A DNA stretch of 64,000 bases from Candidatus Bathyarchaeia archaeon (GTDB taxonomy: Archaea; Thermoproteota; Bathyarchaeia; Bathyarchaeales; Bathycorpusculaceae), in NCBI GenBank assembly GCA_038883795.1, contig JAVZLK010000007.1, positions 1 to 64,000 of the forward strand, read 5' to 3'. Numbering within the stretch: the stretch's first letter is position 1; each line of letters opens with the position of its first letter. The translations under genes were made by a program, and so were the position numbers. Under the pieces are notes generated by a model. That model worked only from the letters and a program-made list of their open reading frames with translations. It ran no database searches and was not told where the DNA came from. This document shows positions 37,627-45,967 of this stretch, piece by piece.

Positions 37627-38358
37627 TTATATGCTCGCCTTTCCCAACTCTTTCACATAAACAATCACAGGCGGCTCCGGAAGATCAGGAGCGCTAGGCG
37701 ATGATGTTGACGCCTCAGTTGTTTCTTTACTTTTTTCCTGTTCCAGTGGTTTTGGCGTTTCACCCAATATAATGTTTGTAAGCTTGGTTTTTGTCTGCTC
37801 CAGGTCACTTTTCTTTGCGTTAACTCTTTTCAGATTTTCTTGTATTATGGAAAAAGCTGTTTCATAAGATTGGTCGTCTACTTTTCCAATCTCATGTTCA
37901 AGTTCAAGATGCACCAAAGCGTAGTTAAGTTCCTTAATTTCGTTGGCGCATTTGGCTATTTCCTTGTCAGTCTCCTCTATAAGGGCTTGGGCTTCAGTTT
38001 TCAACTGGTTTAATGCGCCATCAAAGTTGCTGTGGAGTTCTTCGTAGAGTTCTGATGAAATCTTCTTCTTTTCTAAAAGTTCTTTGAGGGCTTGGTTTTT
38101 GCGCCATAAGAGGGGAATTTGATCGCATAAAGCGTTTGCTTCTGCTTTAATGTGTGATGTGAGTGTAACATCTGCTCCATCGAATTTTAGGTGTTCCATG
38201 GAGTATTTTAAGAATTTTCCGTCGCCTTGTTCTATGAAGACGGCGTCAAATTTTCCGCTTGGAGTTAATGCGAAAGAAGCTATTTTGCCTATTGGGCATC
38301 CATATTCGTCTTTAATTTGTTTTCCAAGAGAAAGAAAAGGATTGGGGGTTTGTGACAT
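37627..38358 (-). CDS. cdvA: Cell division protein CdvA
   Basis: N-terminal PRC-barrel-like LGKQIKDEYG..IGKI, coiled coil, C-terminal beta-strand PVIVYVK; position upstream of cdvB-cdvC. Confidence 0.87.
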   Translation of the reverse strand: MSQTPNPFLSLGKQIKDEYGCPIGKIASFALTPSGKFDAVFIEQGDGKFLKYSMEHLKFDGADVTLTSHIKAEANALCDQIPLLWRKNQALKELLEKKKISSELYEELHSNFDGALNQLKTEAQALIEETDKEIAKCANEIKELNYALVHLELEHEIGKVDDQSYETAFSIIQENLKRVNAKKSDLEQTKTKLTNIILGETPKPLEQEKSKETTEASTSSPSAPDLPEPPVIVYVKELGKASI

Positions 38359-38373
38359 GTTTTCTCCCCCTGT

Positions 38374-39036
38374 TTAAGAGGTTTCTGTTGGCGCCTTTTC
38401 GCTTATGGGAGTTGTTGGAATTCCTGGTGGCAGCTCTGGGAACTTTTCTTTGATTCTTTGTTCTGCAACTGTGGCTGCTTCTGTGAGAATTTTCTGGGCA
38501 TCTTCATTTACCGTGTCAAAGTTTAGGGTCATTCCAGAACTTTGTCCAGCCTCGATCATTATGCCGCTTAAAATGTTGCCTATTTCGCCAAGTTCAGTTT
38601 CCGCTTCTGGGAAAACGCTTGCGAGTCCAGCTCTCACAGATCTTAAAACACCAACTGCTGGTCCTAACGTGGAAACTACATCTCCAAGTTCTGATACCGT
38701 TCGTAAACGTAATACTATTTGTTCAAGGGCAAGTCTAGCGTTCATTATTAGTTTCTCCATTTTGCGAATTTCAGCTAATTCATTGGCGAAAACGTTTGCG
38801 CGGGCGGTGTCATGCTTTGTGTAGGCGTCAACTATCCTTGCAAATATCGCTTTGTCTCTCTGGCTGAACCTTTCAGACGCTTGATCTAGCTTCTGAACTT
38901 GAAGTTCAATGCGTCTTACGGCGAAGTCTAAGCGTGGCTTTAAAGGTCCTGGTGGTCTCACGGCCTCTTTTATGCGGGTTGTGAAGGGTTGCTCTTCTCT
39001 TCTGCTTTCCCATTTTTTACCAAATCTTTCAGACAA
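38374..39036 (-). CDS. ESCRT-III paralog (CdvB1/B2-like, Snf7 family)
   Basis: QVQKLDQASERFSQRD, ANELAEIRK, LALEQIVLRL, EAATVAE...FPELP (MIM2-like); no winged-helix tail. Confidence 0.9.
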   Translation of the reverse strand: MSERFGKKWESRREEQPFTTRIKEAVRPPGPLKPRLDFAVRRIELQVQKLDQASERFSQRDKAIFARIVDAYTKHDTARANVFANELAEIRKMEKLIMNARLALEQIVLRLRTVSELGDVVSTLGPAVGVLRSVRAGLASVFPEAETELGEIGNILSGIMIEAGQSSGMTLNFDTVNEDAQKILTEAATVAEQRIKEKFPELPPGIPTTPISEKAPTETS

Positions 39037-39262
39037 ATTAATACCTCCGAAAAGAGAAGGGCGCAGAGAATAATCTTATACATTGTTAATATGTTGAAAA
39101 CATGCACGTATATACGTAGAGCTATATGTCCCAGAAAAAACGGTTTTAGGCTTTAGTTAGAAAAATAAAAGATGCTGTTGCTGGTTTTGGAGTAATAGAC
39201 ATAAATGTGTAAGTTAGACTAAAAAGAGGCTTAATTTGAATTCTAAGCAAAGGTGAAATTAG

Positions 39263-39481
39263 ATGGGTGAAAGGTTAAAGGTTTTCGGATTAGTGGCGCT
39301 TTTAGGATTCATGGCAGGAATCATAGCCCAACTCACAGCAGACTACATCATTCCAGCACTCTTAGAAATCTTGCCAGCCCTCGTCCAAATAAGATTCTTA
39401 GTTTCAGGATTTGCAGGAGCATGCCTAACGCTGGTCTTAATAAGCATTTGGGCCTACATCACTGGACCCACAGAAAGATAA
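39263..39481 (+). CDS. Small two-TM membrane protein, divergent from the cdv operon
   Basis: 72-aa ORF with AGGTGA SD and two hydrophobic helices. Confidence 0.7.
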   Translation: MGERLKVFGLVALLGFMAGIIAQLTADYIIPALLEILPALVQIRFLVSGFAGACLTLVLISIWAYITGPTER

Positions 39482-39534
39482 ATTCACTAATTCCCTTTCT
39501 TTACTTTACGAATTTTTAGCTTATATGCCATTTT

Positions 39535-39602
39535 TGGACTCAGGAGCGGAAAAAGCAATCATCCGCTTAAGGGTCAGTGTACCTCGATTACGTCATCGTC
39601 CA
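39535..39602 (-). ncRNA. Box C/D methylation-guide sRNA
   Basis: TGGAC-GATGA-CGTAATCGAGGTACA-CTGA-CCCTTAAGC-GGATGA-TTGCTTTTTCCGCTC-CTGA-GTCCA: terminal stem, C/D'/C'/D boxes, two guides of similar length, intergenic. Confidence 0.85.
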
Positions 39603-39643
39603 TAATTGAAATGCCCATCAAAAGTTATTTAGTTTTCGGACAT

Positions 39644-40195
39644 TTATTTAGGCTGGTACGTTTTTGTCACATCCAAAATTTCCTTGTCTGTCAATGCATA
39701 AACCAAATTTACGTCTTTATTCCATTCTTGAATGTACATTAAAGGCTGGTCAATTCTTTTTTCAGTAGGGTCCACATGAACCCAACGGTTGTTAATGAAA
39801 ATTTCAACCCAAACGTGATCTCCCGCCGCCTTCCTTGACTTGTCTTTGAGGGTAGAGCAGTCGATAACTATGCGACTTTTATAACCATTTGCCAATAGTA
39901 AACCGTTGTAGAGCAAGGCGAATTCTCCACATCGTCCTTTTGATTGATGAATTATTTGTATGGGTAATTCGGCACGGGGTTTGGGTAATTCTTCCCTAGT
40001 ATATTTAAGGTGTCTATGCTCCCAGTCCAATAGCTCTTTCCAATCTAAATTTTCAATGGGGTCTTGTAAAACATATTTTGCAAAATTGATAAGTTCCGCC
40101 CTATATTCGGGTGTTGCCATTTTCTCGTAACGCCTCTGATAAATTTCCACAATCTGTGGATGTTTCTGAGATTGCTTAGGCGAGTTGTTTCTCAT
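39644..40195 (-). CDS. Transglutaminase-fold Cys-His-Asp hydrolase resembling the peptide:N-glycanase core
   Basis: GRCGEF, DHVWVE, RWVHVDPTE, DQPLMY..EWNK, DVTKTY. Confidence 0.85.
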   Translation of the reverse strand: MRNNSPKQSQKHPQIVEIYQRRYEKMATPEYRAELINFAKYVLQDPIENLDWKELLDWEHRHLKYTREELPKPRAELPIQIIHQSKGRCGEFALLYNGLLLANGYKSRIVIDCSTLKDKSRKAAGDHVWVEIFINNRWVHVDPTEKRIDQPLMYIQEWNKDVNLVYALTDKEILDVTKTYQPK

Positions 40196-40248
40196 TTATG
40201 TTCACTCAAAATAGTTTTTGCCCACGTTTTCTGAAAAGCTTTAGTTTA

Positions 40249-40270
40249 AAAGTTGAAACATATCAACTTT
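40249..40270. promoter_or_regulatory. Palindromic candidate operator AAAGTTGA-N6-TCAACTTT
   Basis: Perfect 8-bp inverted repeat abutting TTTAAA, between divergent genes. Confidence 0.55.
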
Positions 40271-40287
40271 GGAATGAGGCTATTATA

Positions 40288-41079
40288 ATGTGTGGCATAT
40301 TTGGCTTTGCACTAAAAAGGCATGTGCCAATGGTTAAAGTTTTTAGGGTTCTCCAGAAATTGGAAGTTCACCAGTACCCAAATGAGCCTAGACCAGTTGG
40401 CGGTTTCGGCGCAGGTGTGGCTATTCTCAAAAAGGACGGAAGCATTCTTTTGGAAAAGGTTGGAAAATCATATGATGTTTCACCAGCAAGACTTTTGTCT
40501 GAAACAGTTAACGTTAGCGAAGCTTATGTTCTAGTTGGGCATGTGCGAATGCCAAGTTCCCAATTTATGGAAACGGCGAGGTTTAGGGAAACAGCCCAGC
40601 CTTATGTTACGCAATGCCTTCCCGATTCAACGATGATTTCAGCCCATAACGGAAATGTAACAAATTACAATACTATAAGGGAAAAACTTGGCGCAAAACA
40701 CATCTTTGAGTCGGAAAAAGTAGAGTTAATCGATTCTGAAGTCATCCCACACTTATTCGAAGAACTTTTGCTTAAGAAAGCCAACCCAAAAGAAGCCCTA
40801 GAAGCCCTCTTCCAAACTTTAGAAGGGTCAAATACTTTAAGTCTTCTGCAAATTGAATCAAATCGTTTGCTATTACATTTTGTTCATAAAGGAAAAACTA
40901 GAGGGTTAACAATATGGAAAAACGATGATGGAGAGGTTGTTTTCTGCTCTCGGAAAGAGCCTTTAATGGAAGAGTTTGGCGATGTTCTAGGCGAAGGTGA
41001 GTTCAGAGGGCAAGTTTCTATCCAATATGGAGAAGAAGCGAGTTTAAAGATGACAATCCCTCTTTCGAGTTTACTATAA
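40288..41079 (+). CDS. Stand-alone class II glutamine amidotransferase (Ntn hydrolase)
   Basis: N-terminal MCGIFG (start re-assigned to ATG 40288), GHVR, AQP, HNGNV, DSEV. Confidence 0.85.
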   Translation: MCGIFGFALKRHVPMVKVFRVLQKLEVHQYPNEPRPVGGFGAGVAILKKDGSILLEKVGKSYDVSPARLLSETVNVSEAYVLVGHVRMPSSQFMETARFRETAQPYVTQCLPDSTMISAHNGNVTNYNTIREKLGAKHIFESEKVELIDSEVIPHLFEELLLKKANPKEALEALFQTLEGSNTLSLLQIESNRLLLHFVHKGKTRGLTIWKNDDGEVVFCSRKEPLMEEFGDVLGEGEFRGQVSIQYGEEASLKMTIPLSSLL

Positions 41080-41121
41080 ACCTAATAAGACCTTGCACTT
41101 AAAATATATTTGAGAGTATAC

Positions 41122-41688
41122 ATGTCCCAATTAAGTAAGCATTTGCAGCCTGATGAGAAAGTTTTATGGAGCGGCAAACCAGCTTTGATACCCTTCATAT
41201 TTTCTGGACTTATTGTGATTCCCGTTATCGGAATCGTATGGCTGATTTTTGCTACATTTTTTGTGTTGTCTGCTCTTTCAATGAATGCGCCCATGTTTCC
41301 CTTTGTACTCTTTAGCTTGTTCATCATTTTGATGGGTCTCGGTATAATTGTTGGACCATTATTTGTTGAGTTTTTAAGGTATAGAAATACGGAATACATG
41401 ATTACTGACCAACGTATAATAGCGCAGACGGGAGCAATAGGAATCGACACAAGATTTGTTGAACTTAACAAAATTCAAGAGGTATATGTAATCGTTAGCT
41501 GGTTAGATAAAATTTATGGAACAGGCTCAATAGTGGCTGTAACAGCGGGCTACGTTCCAGTTGGTGTACCAAGCCCATACAACCCGCTTGTGCGTCCAGC
41601 TTTAAAGGCAATAAGCCACCCATATGAAGTTCAGAAGCTCCTTCAAGAAGCCGTAAGAAGGGCAAGCAGCTCCCAGAGTAAGATTTAG
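41122..41688 (+). CDS. Membrane protein with a bacterial PH domain
   Basis: EKVLWSGKP, two TMs, YMITDQRI...G, IYGTGSI. Confidence 0.8.
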   Translation: MSQLSKHLQPDEKVLWSGKPALIPFIFSGLIVIPVIGIVWLIFATFFVLSALSMNAPMFPFVLFSLFIILMGLGIIVGPLFVEFLRYRNTEYMITDQRIIAQTGAIGIDTRFVELNKIQEVYVIVSWLDKIYGTGSIVAVTAGYVPVGVPSPYNPLVRPALKAISHPYEVQKLLQEAVRRASSSQSKI

Positions 41689-41738
41689 TAAAGGATAAGT
41701 GGTGTTTTTACAAATTTAACCTTCGGCGACGCTTAGTA

Positions 41739-44639
41739 ATGAAAAGTCCCTCGGAATCTAATGTTTTCACTATTCTTGCTTCGTCAATTCAAGAAGGATT
41801 AAAGGAGCTTGGCTTTCTTAAACCCACTTTGCCTCAGGTTATGGCTATTCCACCAATTTTTGCTGGAGAAAATGTGCTTTTGATTGCGCCAACCGGAACT
41901 GGCAAGACGGAGGCTGTTCTCCTTCCAATTTTTTCAAAATTGATGCAGCAAGAAAAGAAAGATGGCATAATAATCGTTTATGTTACACCTTTAAGGGCTT
42001 TGAACCGGGACTTGTTAAAGCGTTTATCTTTTTGGGCAAACCATTTAGGCATTTCAATTGAAGTTAGGCATGGCGATACAGAATTAAGGCTGCGGAGACG
42101 ACAGGCTATTTCGCCGCCCCAAATGTTAGTTACCACCCCTGAAACGCTTCAAGCCATTCTTCCAGGCACACGTATGAGAAAACACTTGAGCCATGTTCAA
42201 TTTGTTGTTGTGGATGAGGTGCATGAATTAGCCTCTAGCAAGCGTGGTGCGCAGCTGACAATTGCTTTGGAACGCTTGTATGAGGTTGTTGGGAGAGAAT
42301 TTCAGAGAGTGGGGTTGTCGGCAACTGTTGGCAATCCAAGGGAAGTTGCAAAGTTTATTGCTGGGACAAATAGAAGCGTAAGAGTTGTTCAGGCTTTATT
42401 GCCGAAGGGTTATAGGTATTATGTGGAAAATCCAGCGCCAACAGAAGCTGATTATGACTTAGCTGGGAAACTTCAAACTTCGCCGGAAGCAGCAGCCAGA
42501 ATTAGGCGTATAGCCGAACTTGTTGACGCCCACAAGTCTACATTGATTTTTGTAAATAGCAGACCGAACGCTGAAATGTTGGGTTACAAGTTTAGTCAGT
42601 TGGGAAGGATGGATATTGCTGTTCATCACGGTTCCATATCAAAGGAGGAGCGCATCCAAATAGAGGACGATTTTAAGGCTGGAGTTTTGAAGGCAATAAT
42701 CTGCACAAGCACCTTAGAGTTGGGCATAGACATAGGCGACGTAGACTTGGTTATCCAATATCTTTCGCCTAGGCAAGTTAGCAGCCTAATTCAGAGGGTT
42801 GGGCGCAGTGGTCATCGTTTAGACATGCTTTCTGAGGGAGTTATTGTAACAGCTTTTTCAGATGATACTCTTGAGTCCACGGCAGCCATAAGAAATGCTT
42901 ATGAGAATAAGATTGAGCCAGTTTTGATTCATTATAACGCCTTAGATGTTTTGGCTCATCAAATTGTTGGAATATTAATGGATAAGGGAACTGTGGAATT
43001 AAAAGAGGTTTCGGAAATTGTTAGGAGAGCATATCCGTACAGAAAAATTTCTCAGAAAACGCTTTTGGATGTGATATACTTTTTAGACAGCCTTGACGAA
43101 TTAAGATTTGAGGAAGAAGGAAAAGTTTTGAGAAAAACACGCAAAACAAGGAGCTACTACTACGAAAATCTAAGCATGATTCCAGACGAGAGACGCTACC
43201 CAATAATAAACGTAATTTCCGACAGAAAAATCGGCACCTTAGGCGACGAATTCATGGCTTTAAGGGCTCGCATAGGCTTAAACTTCATTGTTAAGGGGAA
43301 GGTTTGGCGCATAGTCCAAATAGAAGAGGAAACGGGAACCGTTTACGTTGTCCCATCAGAAGACACTTTTGCGGCTATTCCAGGATGGGACGGAGAAATG
43401 CTCCCAGTTCCATTTAACTTGGCACAAGAAACTGGAAGGTTAAGGGAAGAAATTAGAAAAGCTTTAATGGAATCTGGAAAGGCTGAAGAAGCAGCGAAGA
43501 GGCTTGCAGAAAAGCTCAAAATAAACCAGACTGTTTTGTTAGCTGCCGTTAGGGAAGTGGAGGAACACATAAAGCAGGGAGCCCCCCTGCCAACGCATAA
43601 CCATATTCTGATTGAAGCCTTCGAAAAATACCTCATAATTCACGCTTGCTTCGGCGAAATAGTAAACTCCACTTTGGGAGGTATCTTCGACGCAATACTT
43701 TCAGACAGAGAAATCATAACTGGATGGTGGAACGATGGCTACCGAATACTAATTGAAACTCCACGAAACTTAACGCAGCAAGAAGTTGAAAAAATGCCAG
43801 AAATCCTCCTTAAACTCTCTGATGAAGAGGTGGATAAAGCCTTCAAAGATTATTTAGAGGCAAGGTTTCCATTCGCTTACAAAATGAAGTTTGTAGCCGA
43901 ACGTTTCGGAGCCTTGCCCCGTGGAAAAACTATGGGTCCGGAAAGACAGAGTCGGCTGCCAAGCAAGTTTAAGGGAACACCAATTTATGATGAAACCTTA
44001 CGAGAAGCCATGCTGGAAAGGGTAGACATTGAAAAGGTGAAAGAAATAATGCATGCGATTAAAGAGGGAAAAATGAAAGTTAGCACCTTATATCGCCATG
44101 AAAAGCCAACACCCTTAGCCTTTCACATATTGGCGAAATATTCAGATCTTTCAGAGCTAATGGCTCCGGAAAGAGTGTTGTTAAGCAATGTAGAAAAAAT
44201 GAAAAAGGCTGTTGAAGCCAGAACAGCCACGCTATTGTGTATGTCATGTGGTGAGTGGGCTTGCGAGGAAAAGGTTAGGGATTTGCCAGAACAGCCCGCA
44301 TGCAAGAAATGTGGGTCGAGGCTTTTGGCTCTTTTACATCCGAAACAAGATGTCAACCATTTAAAAGAGCTTTTGAAGAGAAGACGAGAAGCAAAAGAAT
44401 TTGGGGAAGAAGAGCTTAAAGAATTGACAAAAGCGAGACGAACTGCAGACCTTATTTTAAGTTATGGAAAAAAGGCAATTATAGCCCTAGAAGTCAAAGG
44501 TGTTGGTCCAGAAACAGCCTTTAGAATTCTTGGAAAAATGCACCCATTAGAGGATGAGTTTTACTTAGATTTGTTGAAGGCGAAGATTCAGTATTTGCGA
44601 ACCAGAGAGTATTGGGAAGATAAGAAGGCTTTAGATTAA
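41739..44639 (+). CDS. lhr: Lhr-like SF2 ATP-dependent helicase
   Basis: APTGTGKT, PLRALNRD, TTPETL, DEVH, SAT, HHGS, TSTLELGIDIG, QRVGRSGH, C-terminal Zn finger. Confidence 0.92.
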   Translation: MKSPSESNVFTILASSIQEGLKELGFLKPTLPQVMAIPPIFAGENVLLIAPTGTGKTEAVLLPIFSKLMQQEKKDGIIIVYVTPLRALNRDLLKRLSFWANHLGISIEVRHGDTELRLRRRQAISPPQMLVTTPETLQAILPGTRMRKHLSHVQFVVVDEVHELASSKRGAQLTIALERLYEVVGREFQRVGLSATVGNPREVAKFIAGTNRSVRVVQALLPKGYRYYVENPAPTEADYDLAGKLQTSPEAAARIRRIAELVDAHKSTLIFVNSRPNAEMLGYKFSQLGRMDIAVHHGSISKEERIQIEDDFKAGVLKAIICTSTLELGIDIGDVDLVIQYLSPRQVSSLIQRVGRSGHRLDMLSEGVIVTAFSDDTLESTAAIRNAYENKIEPVLIHYNALDVLAHQIVGILMDKGTVELKEVSEIVRRAYPYRKISQKTLLDVIYFLDSLDELRFEEEGKVLRKTRKTRSYYYENLSMIPDERRYPIINVISDRKIGTLGDEFMALRARIGLNFIVKGKVWRIVQIEEETGTVYVVPSEDTFAAIPGWDGEMLPVPFNLAQETGRLREEIRKALMESGKAEEAAKRLAEKLKINQTVLLAAVREVEEHIKQGAPLPTHNHILIEAFEKYLIIHACFGEIVNSTLGGIFDAILSDREIITGWWNDGYRILIETPRNLTQQEVEKMPEILLKLSDEEVDKAFKDYLEARFPFAYKMKFVAERFGALPRGKTMGPERQSRLPSKFKGTPIYDETLREAMLERVDIEKVKEIMHAIKEGKMKVSTLYRHEKPTPLAFHILAKYSDLSELMAPERVLLSNVEKMKKAVEARTATLLCMSCGEWACEEKVRDLPEQPACKKCGSRLLALLHPKQDVNHLKELLKRRREAKEFGEEELKELTKARRTADLILSYGKKAIIALEVKGVGPETAFRILGKMHPLEDEFYLDLLKAKIQYLRTREYWEDKKALD

Positions 44640-44681
44640 AGCTTTAATAACAATAACTGTTTAGGAAACATTCTTTAAGGT

Positions 44682-45953
44682 GTGTTCATGAGCAATGAAG
44701 AAGCTCCAGAGAGTCGACTTAAGCCAACCTTAGGCTTGTTTGACGCCACTGCCATAAGTGTTGGCGCTATTATTGGGGCTGGAATATTTGTTGTTACTGG
44801 TATTGCTGCTGGTTATGCTGGTTCAGCTTTGATGGTTTCAATGGTTATAGCGGCAATAATTGCCATGTTCACTGCCTTAAGTTTTGCAGAATTAACGGCT
44901 TGGATGCCTAAGGAAGGAAGCGTTTATGAGTATACGCATCGGTTGATTTCGCCTTTTGCTGGCTTTTTAACTGGTTGGATGTGGGTTGTCTCCAACACTT
45001 TTACTGGCGCTGCAGTGTCTCTCGGATTTGCCTACTACTTGACTGCTTTATTTCCAAGCGTAGAAGCGAAATGGGTTGCAGCCTTCCTCTGCATGTTTTT
45101 TACAGTTCTGAATTATTTTGGTGTTCGCCAATCCGCAATTGTCAACAATATTTTGGTGGCGGCAAAACTATTCATTTTGGCTTTTTTCTGCATTTTTGGC
45201 GCCTTCCACATAAACCCATCAAATTTCGCATCCTTTAACCCGTTTAAAATGGGAGTTTTTTACGGCGCAAGCTACATCTTTTTCGCCTATGGAGGCTTTG
45301 CAAGGGTTGCTGTAATAGCTGAAGAGGTTAAGGACGCAAAGCGAAATGTTCCAAGAGCAATGCTACTCTCGTTAATCATATCTACAATTTTCTACATCCT
45401 CGTAGGCGCCGTCGCCATCGGACTTGTTGGAGAAAGAAGTTTGGCGGGTTCCAAGTCGCCACTAAAAGAAGCTATTGGCATTACGGAAAATTCAGCAGCA
45501 GAATACCTTGTATCCCTTGGAGGATTGTTAGCCACAGCAAGCGTTTTACTCACATCAATTTTAGGAGTTTCGCGCATGGCTTATGCAATGGCAAGAAGGC
45601 AAGACCTGCCACAAGCCTTAAGTAAAGTTCATAAGAAATATGCCACGCCATACTATTCCATCTGGATTATTGGCGCTTTAATGATAATCCTTGTCTTATC
45701 CATAGACCTAACAAGCGTTGTAGCCATAAGCACTTTCGCATTACTTTTCTATTACGCTTTGGCAAATCTTTCAGCCTTAAGGTTAAAGACGAAGGAGAGA
45801 AGATATCCAAAATTCATTCCCACAATTGGAGCATTTACTTGTTTGGCGCTTTTGGTTTTTATCCTATTTGTTTCACCGCAAGCATGGGTTATGGGCACCA
45901 CAACCTTATTAATAGGCGCAGTCTATTACGCTGCAAAACATAAACTCAGCTAA
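44682..45953 (+). CDS. APC-family amino acid permease
   Basis: GAIIGAGIF, AEL, FFAYGGF, EEVKDAKRNVP. Confidence 0.92.
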   Translation: MFMSNEEAPESRLKPTLGLFDATAISVGAIIGAGIFVVTGIAAGYAGSALMVSMVIAAIIAMFTALSFAELTAWMPKEGSVYEYTHRLISPFAGFLTGWMWVVSNTFTGAAVSLGFAYYLTALFPSVEAKWVAAFLCMFFTVLNYFGVRQSAIVNNILVAAKLFILAFFCIFGAFHINPSNFASFNPFKMGVFYGASYIFFAYGGFARVAVIAEEVKDAKRNVPRAMLLSLIISTIFYILVGAVAIGLVGERSLAGSKSPLKEAIGITENSAAEYLVSLGGLLATASVLLTSILGVSRMAYAMARRQDLPQALSKVHKKYATPYYSIWIIGALMIILVLSIDLTSVVAISTFALLFYYALANLSALRLKTKERRYPKFIPTIGAFTCLALLVFILFVSPQAWVMGTTTLLIGAVYYAAKHKLS

Positions 45954-45967
45954 CGGGAGAAACTATA

